From positions 186,001 through 250,000 of the forward strand of contig NW_027252026.1 of the NCBI RefSeq assembly GCF_044704955.1: a stretch of DNA of 64,000 nucleotides, written 5' to 3'. The translations under genes were made by a program, and so were the position numbers. Positions 12,402 through 22,170 of the stretch are shown here, in pieces (within the stretch, counting starts at the first letter, position 1; each line of letters begins with the position of its first letter). Under the pieces are notes generated by a model that searched no databases, was not told the origin of the DNA, and was given only the letters and a program-made list of their open reading frames with translations. The DNA comes from Pristiophorus japonicus (taxonomy: Eukaryota).

Positions 12402-13210
12402 TGGGCAGGGGGAGAGAGAGAGAGAGAGAGAGACAGTGAACAGGCGGGGAGAAAGAGAGAGGCCACGATTGGGCAGGTGAGAGAGAAAGGCCATGATCGG
12501 GCAGGGAGAGAGAGAGGCCATGATTGGGTGGAAGAGAGAGAGAGACCACGATCGGGTGGGGGGGAGAGAGAGAAAGGCCATGATTGGGCGGGAGAGAGAT
12601 AGAGACCATGAACAGGTGGGGAGAGAGAGAGGGCTCGATTGGGTGGGGAGAGAGAGAGAGAGGCCATGATCGGGCGAGGGGGAGAGAGAGAGAGGCCACG
12701 ATTGGGCAGGGGAGAGAGAGAGGCCACGATCGGGCGAGGGGGAGAGAGAGAGAGGCCACGATTGGGCAGGGGAGAGAGAGAGGCCACGATCGGGCAGGGA
12801 GAGAGAGAGGCTACAATCGGGCAGGGAGAGAGAGAGAGGCCTCGATTGGGCAGGGAGAGAGAGAGGCTACGATCGGGCAGGGAGAGAGAGAGGCTACAAT
12901 CGGGCAGGGGAGAGAGAGAGGCCACGATTGGGCAGGGAGAGAGAGAGGCTACGATCGGGCAGGGAGAGAGAGAGGCTACAATCGGGCAGGGGAGAGAGAG
13001 AGGCTACGATCGGGCAGGGAGAGAGAGAGGCCACGATCGGGTGGGGGAGAGAGAGAGGCTACGATCGGGCAGGGAGAGAAAGAGGCCATGATTGGGCGAG
13101 GGAGAGGGGGGAGAGAGAGAGAGAGAGACCATGATCGGGTGGGGGGAGGTGCGGGAGGGGAGGGAGAGAGAGGGCATGATTGGGGGAGGGGGAAGGGAAA
13201 GGAGAGAGTG
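12402..13210 (+). repeat. GA-rich minisatellite, ~27-33-bp unit (GA)nGGC(C/T)ACGATCGGGCAGG
   Basis: About 25 variable tandem copies are visible. The overlapping ORFs are low-complexity artefacts. Confidence 0.9.
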
Positions 13211-13404
13211 CGCTATCTGGAGGACTTGGGCATGTTGGGGACAATTTTCCCATAATTAACACTAACACCCACCCCTCCGATGCTCTCCCGCACAGCGTGG
13301 GGGGGGCAGAGGGTGGCAGGGGGTTAATATCAGGGTCGATTTCATGGTTTAGAGCTCTCTAAATTATTCCTATTACTGCACTTTTCCCTCAACATGTATT
13401 TTAC

Positions 13405-13458
13405 CGTTGAATCCTGTGTGTGAGATTTTGTCCCACCATGTGCTCACAATTATTTGTT
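13405..13458 (-). CDS. Candidate 54-nt phase-1 linker exon downstream of the VJ exon (QIIVSTWWDKISHTGFN)
   Basis: tttgtttttaacAG acceptor, G|GTAAAA donor, length divisible by 3, open in phase 1, in non-repeat DNA. Confidence 0.35.
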
Positions 13459-13616
13459 CTGTTAAAAACAAATTGAGTTTGGCCCAGATTTCACCCTCCA
13501 TTCTGTAGTTAAAACTCAGTGTTACTGTAAAAGGAACAGCTTGTATAACATTTAAACAAGATGCTTGTACATAACATTATTAGGTATAAAACCAATATAA
13601 CATAGAAGGTACTTAC

Positions 13617-13965
13617 TGGTTACTTTCAGCCGGGTTCCATTTCCATAGATTGTTCCCCAAAATACCACAGATATAGACAGCGCTGTCTCTGCGCTGCATA
13701 CCTCTGATGGTCAGAATGTAGCTGTTACTGGCATCATCTCTGGAGAGCTGGAACCGCTCAGAGAAACCGTGTGATTGGTCAACCCTGCCATCTGCACAAT
13801 GAGTAAATATTTTGTGTTTCCTATCCTGTGAGAGGTACCAGTGTACAGTATATTTATCCACATTCACATTGCTGCTCTCCAGGGTACACCGAAACTTCAC
13901 CATCCCACCCTCGGGCACCGTCACAACTTCTGGGGACTGGATAAGAACCGGACTTGTCTTTAGAC
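13617..13965 (-). pseudogene. Germline-joined V-J immunoglobulin-superfamily exon (non-rearranging antigen-receptor-like or light-chain-like) with a 1-nt frameshift
   Basis: Acceptor ttcacAG at 13967-13966 and donor GTAAGT at 13616, both phase 1. V-set hallmarks are B-strand Cys (FRC), HWY, RF, LTI and DSAVYIC. A J motif YGNGTRLKVT follows in a frame shifted by one base. The exon is 349 nt (348+1). Confidence 0.85.
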
Positions 13966-14099
13966 CTGTGAATAGTAAATAACTGATGATCAGAACAGAT
14001 GAGGAACAACAAAAAGTAATAACTTGAAATGGAAGTGGCGATGAGGTCACGACGCGTGTGTGTAACCCCGCTCTACCCTTCACTTAAGGTGAGAGTATT

Positions 14100-14545
14100 C
14101 AGCATTCAGAAACATCGGTCCACTGGGCCACCAGGGAGGGGCCAGGCCACTGACCCTGTTGCCGGCCCGGCTGAACCCGGGGCAATAATTGGCCGGCCGA
14201 TCGGGAAGTCGGCCGGCAAAAATAAAAACATGGTGGCCGCGGCAGTGGGCCCTCCCCTTGAAGGGCCGCCACGCTGTCGTGCTGCACACAGGCAGAACAA
14301 GGTGCACCAACAGAAAAAGCTGTCGGGGGCACCATGCAGCGGCTCGTGGATTTTTTAAAGTAACTTTGGGGCAGATTGCAATGGAGGTGCGGGATAGCTG
14401 CGGTGCGTGCTTTGATGACGCGCTTGTGGCTGAATTTGGGTCGGGGTGGCCAATGGACTGCAACATGGCGGCCACTCGATTTCACCACGTGGCCGTCGCA
14501 AAACGGCGGTAACTGGCCTTATACGGACCCTGAATTTCAGCTCGT
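14100..14545. mobile_element. GC-rich non-autonomous DNA-transposon (Harbinger-like MITE) remnant
   Basis: CpG-rich island within an AT-rich intron, ending gaatttcagctc, which resembles a Harbinger-type terminus. Confidence 0.35.
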
Positions 14546-15016
14546 TGTTTTAAACATAACCTGAGCTTAGCTCTTTAACATCACACTGTACTGGCCAACA
14601 GTGTCAGCCTAGCTTCTTGTGCTCAAGTCTCTGGAGAGGGACTTGACCTGAGCCATGGCTGACACACAGCAGGGAGGGGTCGAGGGGGTGGAACATTGGG
14701 TTGGAGGCAGGCCTGAAGGGCAAAAGGTGTGCTGGTGTTGGGTGGGTATCAACAGGGCTCCACGTGAGCGACAGGGCGAGCTCGGCCAGGAGCAGTGCAG
14801 CTTCCTCCAGTTAGAGGCCGACCACAAAGCCCCAGGCAGAAAATCATCACAGAGCAGTTTAGTCAGGGGGTGGGCCATTTTATTGGGAGGTTAAAATATT
14901 CCTGCATTTTTCTATCAGTTACGTTTTAACTTGTGTTGTTTACCTGTGTGTAACCAGAGGGCTCAGGGGAACATGTTTTGCAAAAGTATTTTGAGTGGTT
15001 TGATTGGTTCACCTAC

Positions 15017-15082
15017 CGTTCTTTTCTGTTGCTGGATCTAGTGTCCTGTGTGCTGTAGTTATGAAGTTCTGATTGGTTGTAT
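15017..15082 (-). CDS. Candidate 66-nt phase-1 Thr-rich stalk/linker exon upstream of the VJ exon (TTNQNFITTAHRTLDPATEKN)
   Basis: atcctttcAG acceptor, G|GTAGGT donor, symmetric phase 1, open frame, hinge-like composition. Confidence 0.45.
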
Positions 15083-15192
15083 CTGAAAGGATTTTTAAAA
15101 AGAGTTGTGATTTGATTGCTTCAGATTGTGTCATGTCCTGAATCACCGACCCCGATATTAACGCAGAGACGGGAACAGAGCGCGTGGGGCGG

Positions 15193-17407
15193 GAACATAA
15201 GAACATAAGAACATAAGAATTAGGAATAGCAGTAGGCCATCTAGCCCCTTGAGCCTGCTCCGCCATTCAATAAGATCATGGCTGATCTGGCCGTGGACTC
15301 AGCTCCACTTACCCGCCCGCTCCCCGTAACCCTTAATTCCCTTATTGGTTAAAAATCTATCTATCTGTGACTTGAATACATTCAGTGAGCTAGCCTCAAC
15401 TGCTTCCTTGGGCAGAGAATTCCACAGATTCACAACCCTCTGGGAGAAGAAATTCCTTCTCAACTCAGTTTTAAATTGGCTCCCCCGTATTTTGAGGCTG
15501 TGCCCCCTAGTTCTAGTCTCCCCCACCAGTGGAAACAACCGCTCTGCCTCTATCTTGTCTATCCCTTTCATTATTTTAAATGTTTCGATAAGATCACCCA
15601 TCATCCTTCTGAACTCCAAGGAGTAAAGACCCAGTCTACTCAATCTATCATCATAAGGTAACTCTCTCATCTCCGGAATCAGCCAAGTGAATCATCTCTG
15701 TACCCCCTCCAAAGCCAGTGCCCAAAACTGCACGCAGTACTCCAGGTGTGGCCTTACCAATACCCTATACAGTTGCAGCAGGACCTCCCTGATTTTGTAC
15801 TCCATCCCTCTCGCAATGAAGGCCAACATTCCATTCACCTTCCTGATTACCTGCTGCACCTGCAAACTAACTTTTTGGGATTCATGCACAAGGACCCCCA
15901 GGTCCCTCTGCACCTCAGCATGTTGTAATTTCTCCCCATTCAAATAATACTCCCTTTTACTGTTTTTTTTTCCCAAGGTGGATGACCTCACACTTTCCGA
16001 CATTGTATTCCATCTGCCAAACCTTAGCCCATTCGCTTAACCTATCCAAATCTCTTTGCAGCCTCTCTGTGTCCTCCACCCAACCCACTTTCCCACTAAT
16101 CTTTGTGTCATCTGCAAATTTTGTTACACTACACTCTGTCCCCTCTTCCAGGTCATCTATGTATATTGTAAACAGTTGTGGTCCCAGCACCGATCCCTGT
16201 GGCACACCACTAACCACCGATTTCCAACCCCAAAAGACCCATTTATCCCGACTCTCTGCTTTGTGTTAGCCAGCCAATTCTATATCCATGCTCATACATT
16301 TCCTCTGACTCCGCGTCCCTCTATCTTCTGCAGTAACCTTTTGTGTGGCACCTTATCGAATGCCTTTTGGAAATCTAAATACACCACATCCATCGGTACA
16401 CCTCTATCCAACATGCTCGTTATATCCTCAAAGAATTCCAGTAAATTAGTTAAACATGATTTCCCCTTCATGAATCCATGTTGTGTCTGCTTGATTGCAC
16501 TATTCCTATCTAGATGTCCCGCTATTTCTTCCTTAATGATAGTTTCAAGCATTTTCCCCACTACAGATGTTAAACTAACCGGCCTATAGTTACCTGGCTT
16601 TTGTCTGCCCCCTTTTTTAAACAGAGGCGTTACATTAGCTGCTTTCCAATTCGCTGGTACCTCCCCAGAGTCCAGAGAATTTTGGTAGATTATAACGAAT
16701 GTATCTGCTATAATTCCGCCATCTCTTTTAATACCCTGGGATGCATTTCATCAGGACCAGGGGACTTGTCTACCTTGAGTCCCATTAGCCTGTCCAGCAC
16801 TAACCCCCTAGTGATCATGATTGTCTCAAGGTCCTCCCTTCCCACATTCCCGTGACCAGCAATTTTTGGCATTGTTTTTGTGTCTTCCACTGTGAAGACC
16901 GAAGCAAAATAATTGTTTAAGGTCTCAGCCATTTCCACATTTCCCATTATTAAATCCCCCTTCTCATCTTCTAAGGGACCAACATTTACTTTAGTCACTC
17001 TTTTCCGTTTTATATATCTGTAAAAGCTTTTACTGTCTGTTTTTATGTTTTGCACAAGTTTACCTTCATAATCTATCTTTACTTTCTTTATTGTTTTTTA
17101 GTCATGCTTTGCTGTTGTTAAAAATTTTCCCAATCTTCTAGTTTCCCACTAACCTTGGCCACCTTATACGCATTGGTCTTTGATTTGATACTCTCCTTTA
17201 TTTCTTCGGTTATCCATGGCTTGTTATCCCTTCTCTTACCGCCCTTCTTTTTCACTGGAATATATTTTTGTTGAGCACTATGAAAGAGCTCCTTAAAAGT
17301 CCTCCACTGTTCCTCAATTGTGCCACCGTTTAGTCTGTGTTTCCAGTCTACTTTAGCCAACTCTGCCCTCATCCCACTGTAGTCCCCTTTGTTGAAGCAT
17401 AGTACGC
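15193..17407 (-). mobile_element. CR1 LINE, 5'-truncated, (ttcttatg)n tail
   Basis: Series of minus-strand ORF2 fragments (FADD, QGSVLGP) and a gaacataa tail repeat at 15193-15220. Confidence 0.92.
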
Positions 17408-18648
17408 TTGTATCTGGGATATAACGAGCGACTGTCCCGCAGCATCGCCAGACCAGGAAATCTGGCTGATTTTAACTGCCGGGCCTCATTTGAATATAGC
17501 TCCCGGGTTCATCATCTTCTCTGTGCATCGGTGGAAGTGACACAGACCCGCGTGATGCAATTTCCCGGCGCCAATTCCAAGGTTCAGCTCAGCACGGAAA
17601 TGGAGGAAGAGGTTCGCGCTTTCTACACAGAGGACTGAAGAAGAGGAACTGTGAGAGGCTGCGGAAAGTGGGAAGGTTGCCGCTATGCCCCCATTTCACA
17701 GAAGCTTCCCCTGATGTTCTGCTGGGCGCTGTCAGAGCCAGGAGGGACGGGCTAGTTCCCACCAGCAGGAAAAGGAAAGCTGCTGTCACAGCTCAAGGTG
17801 TGAGTGGAGGCAGCAGAAGTCAGGAGCAGGAGTGTGACCAGGAGGTTGTGGATTCAGTGCTGTTAACGGTTCAATGACTTGACTAGGTCAGGGAAGGTCA
17901 GTCGATGGCTATCTGCACCCGAATCCTCCAATGCACCCTCGCACACCTCCTCTCATCCTCACTCCCTTCACAAGTTCATCACCCTCTTCCTCACTCCACC
18001 ACTGTCAGTAACCGCAATTCTCATCTCATCTGACCTAAATCACCTCCACCCACTCTCATTACACATCCTGAGGTGGCACCGTGACCATGTTCCTCAAAGG
18101 CATGCCATTCCCACTCCTTATGCATCTGCGTGATTCTCACCTTCACCATATGCAGTGCATCCATCGGATGCCACTCACAGGGCTGCAGGATGAAGAGAGC
18201 GCAGAATGCCAGGGAAAGGGCCAGGACCAGAGGAGGGCTGCAGGAAATTGTTAAGAGGAGGCGCTGGTGATCCGTGGCATCTCAAGCACTGTGAGCATTG
18301 GAGATGGAGAGGTTGGCGGAGCAGGGCGACTGCTTTAATCTTTCATACCTGCACCTCCCACAAAGCAACATCACCCACAGTGGGCTTCACAACATCATCA
18401 CCTGATCAAGTGCTTCATGGGCATATCAACAATTACAAAGTACCATCTCCAAATATTATCTCTTCCTTCTCGCCCCAGTGCCATCACATGAAGAACCCGA
18501 GCCACTGCCCAGGGAGGATGAAGATTCCTCGAGGACTTTATACCTGCGGAGGATGTACCATCACAGGTTACATGCATTGCAGGCACCAGTGCAGATACCA
18601 GCACCTCGGTGATTCTCACTGCACAAATCAACATGAGCAGAGTGGTGG
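17408..18648 (+). mobile_element. PIF/Harbinger fragment encoding a degenerate Myb/SANT-like protein
   Basis: PHFTEASPDVLLGAVRARRD followed by RRLWIQCC*RFNDL remnants, typical of Harbinger Myb/SANT ORFs; cut off by the ERV LTR. Confidence 0.65.
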
Positions 18649-19227
18649 TGAGAATGCATACTGAACATGGATATTAAATGTATACAGACATTTAAGTCGA
18701 GAAGTTGAGAACGTGGGAATTATATATGGACAGTATAAGCTAACAAAGAATTCATGGAGGAATAGCCATGACATCTCAGACTCGAGACTGCGAAATGTTA
18801 CAACACTAACACATATTGAAACAAAACACACAGCTTGCAGAAAAACCTCAAGGTCTTATTAAATCATGTTATTAACCTGAAACATTAACAGAAGGTCTTT
18901 GTTTAAAATCAGACCATACTTAGGTCGGCTTATGAGTGGACAAAGGGAAAGAGGGATCAAAAGGGATAGGCTGAACTAGGATGTCACTCTAGCCCTATCT
19001 TGTTATCTTTTACCGAAAATGTATAACCGTTGTCCCTTTACAATGTCACGTCACTTTGTCCGTAGGAAGTGAGTGCGTTCTATCAGAGTTGCATTCCTTC
19101 TGTCTGATAAGGTCCCTGATCGGGATTTGCTTTTTAAATAAAAGCTTGCTTTGTTTAAAGCACAATCGGTATTCGACTCAGTGATTTCATTGAACCAGAT
19201 TGAGGGAAAATAATCCAAAAATCAACA
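18649..19227 (+). repeat. 5' LTR of endogenous retrovirus
   Basis: Near-identical to 26693-27255 (about a dozen substitutions plus a 7-bp indel by eye), with AATAAA and a CA end. The first ~45 nt align poorly, so the start is approximate. Confidence 0.9.
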
Positions 19228-19229
19228 TT

Positions 19230-19247
19230 TGGTGTCAGAAGTGGGAT
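19230..19247 (+). promoter_or_regulatory. PBS complementary to tRNA-Leu
   Basis: TGGTGTCAGAAGTGGGAT is the 18-nt complement of the vertebrate tRNA-Leu(CAA) 3' end. Confidence 0.88.
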
Positions 19248-21295
19248 CTCAATGGACGACTGCTGAAAACTTGCGAATTAAGAGCCAGACTAGCCTTGGA
19301 CGAGACGAGGGGAAAGTGGCCACTGGAGTAAGTATACTTTCAATACTGCTCCAGTTTCCCCCGGTTTCAAAAGTCTGAGGAAAGTTTAGCCACTCGCTGG
19401 TTCTCAGGTAGTGTCTGAACGAGATCCAGGACAATCTGGTGAATACCTTTCAAACTTAGAATAGGGATAGAGATAGGGAAATTGCGCGGTGACGCAAACC
19501 AAGCGGCGACTCGGAAAGATAGGTTAGAAGAGGTAAGTCTGCCTGGGTTCAAGGCCCAGAGCCTGCCTGGGTTCGAGGCCCAGTGTCTGTGTGGGTTCGA
19601 GGCCCAAGTAAAACCGCGCGGCAACGCGGAGAGAGAGAGAGAATCGCGCGAACCGCGTAGGGAAACGCGGAGGTTAGGGAATTACGTAAAATTAAGCCGC
19701 GGGACTGCGCGGGACTGTGTAAATTTTAAATTGTATTTACGCCAGGTACGGCGTCAATCTTGTACATCACTTGGTCCACCTAGACTCTGGGTAAGATAAC
19801 TGAAACCACCACGGGGCGACGTGGAGACAATCAGGACTAATTAGGACCCTGATCCAACGTGCGGTGACCAGGATGGGTAATTTAGATAAAACTACGAATT
19901 CCCTGAAAGGTCATGGATCCAAAAATAGAGCCGGCCAAAACAATTAATAGGAAAGAAGAAAGACTCTTGTGAACGTCTGTTTTAAATGAGAAATGCTTGT
20001 GTGATTTTTACTGTGGAAAAGAAAGCCGGGGAGTTGTGGTTTGTTTTAGCTCCACCCACTTTTTCAAACAGAATGAAAGTTTTTTTAACCCTTCGTAGTG
20101 TTGTCCTGTATGTGGGAAGTTTAAGAGTGTGAGCCTTATTGAATTACGTATATTCGGATGATAAGTTATGAAGCCAGGAAATGCACAAAGGATAGGTTTG
20201 TTGAGTAAAAAAAGAAAAAATACATGGTCCCGGTGGTTAAAAAAGGATTTGACATGCTCACTTACTTGTCGAAAGAAAACATGCAATGATTGATTACATT
20301 ACAAAGTTTGAATCGGGATTTTGAGATATTCAGAGAAGGCACAGCAAAACAACTGAGATGGATTCAAAAGGATTCAAAAAAAATATATGATATTAAATCT
20401 GCAGTTTAGAAGAAATAGTATAACACGACCTTGAGGCTGGAACAATTGAGATAACGAAAAGCAGTCCACAGCCTACGTGCCAGACTTCCCTCTAGTTATG
20501 GAAAAGATGAAAAAAAAGACGTAATGTACTAAATAGGTGCTGAAAAAAAAATGTTCTGAGATTTTAAATTATGAGAAAAGTTCCATTGCAGTCTAAAAAA
20601 AAATGCATCACTCCTGTCGAGTTGGCAGAAAAACTCCATTAAATTAGGGCTTTCATTGACAGAAGGAGGACATATTAAAAACTGTCGACGTCTTAAAGAA
20701 AGAGTGCACGCACAAGAAATGCACTCAGAATTCCACTGGGACCTCTGAGAAAGGTATCGATAGACTACGTAGTTAAAATGGTTGGCTTTGCATTCACTGA
20801 GGCTGATGACGAAATTGAATTTCAGTAAACAAATAGTTATTAAAAATGTGTGGTCTCGTTTTAAATCAATTAAAAAAATATCTTTGGTGAGTACTTGAAT
20901 AAGAAGTTAAAAAATATTGGAGTTTAATCAAATGCTGCCTTTCCTGATGAAAAGATTTTTTTTTCAGATGGTTACGCGAAGTCACGTAATGACATCAGGT
21001 CTTCTTACAAACCTGTAAAGGAGTTAACCCTTTCCATTGACAGCTGTTTCATACTGAACATTATCAATTTGGATTTCTTAATAGAAAAAAGACTCACCTA
21101 ACAGAGGAATGGTGCGATAGTCAGAATAAAAATAAAAACAGAACTAGCTTATGTAATAATACTTGCCTGATACAATAAAGAAATAGATACTCAAACAAAA
21201 CAAATTGAAGAGTTAAAAGGCTAAGATAAATAAGCTGAAAGGGATCCACAAACCCAACTTAACCCTGACCTCCGATTTCACGGAGTGACCTCGAC

Positions 21296-22170
21296 ATGCA
21301 TGGATATAATGCAGAATCAAGGGACCTGTGGGCCCTGGTAAAGCAAACCCTGAGCCCAACTGAGCAAGCCCGATTTCTAACTCACCTAGGATGTGCTACT
21401 CATGATGCATTGTTGGTTGCTCACCCTAACGATGTCCAGGATCGCCTAAACACTAATGCTCTCACCACGACCCTTCAGAAGCCCATCAGTATGGCCGCAG
21501 TATTAGAAACTAAACCCAAACGAGAAGAAACTGCCGATGAATTCATGGAAAGTTTTATTGAAATATACGGAAGTCAATCAGGAGATAATGCCTTCAGGGC
21601 AGGAGAGGATTCTCCTCAATTCTGCGCTATCCTACTTCAGTGCCTGCCCTATTCGGTTGCTCACGCTCTCCGGACAAATAATATGAATTGGGCAGATAAC
21701 AGTAAAGACCAGATGGAGAGGGCGGTTAAATATTATTGGCAGGAAAAGAAAGGAGAGGGGGGAGGTGCGCCCCCAACCCGGGTCAAGACTGAATACGTGA
21801 CGAGAAAGGAAGAGCCGCCTCGGGTGGAAGGACCAAAACCCGACCCAAGGGGATACCAGATGGAACCGCAGTGTTGTGTGCAGGGTTGGTGGATAAACAG
21901 GGATACGGTTATATCAAACACCCAAATGGCCCGAGCCCTGCTAATTACGGACTGCCCTACGGGGCCTGGTATGGAAAGAGGTTGGGGCTGGGAGATGGAT
22001 GCTTTATTTGTGGGCAAGAAGGACATTGGAATAGAAATTGTCCCTCCCGTCAGCACGAAAAAGGAAGAGGAGGAAGAGGAGGGGGGCAAGGGGGGAGAGG
22101 ACGGGGATCTTGCACTAACTTCTCCCAGAACAACCCCTTTGGCCAACCGTCCCCCGATTATTCGTATTGA
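21296..22170 (+). pseudogene. gag: ERV gag (capsid C-terminus and nucleocapsid), frameshifted
   Basis: MHR-like KPKREETADEFMESF, one CCHC knuckle and an RGG-rich tail; split over two frames. Confidence 0.85.

Noticed and set aside
12297-13268. Arg/Glu/Gly-rich and Ser/Leu/Pro-rich ORFs
   Set aside because: These are translations of the GA minisatellite.
13966-14083. N-terminal extension of ORF 13613-14083 as a signal peptide
   Set aside because: It lies upstream of a canonical splice acceptor and runs into repeat DNA, so it is intronic read-through.
14944-14974. Possible leader exon ATG TTC CCC TGA GCC CTC TGG TTA CAC ACA G|gtaaac (-) for the VJ exon
   Set aside because: Phase 1 fits, but it is only 10 codons, has an in-frame stop and a weak hydrophobic core.
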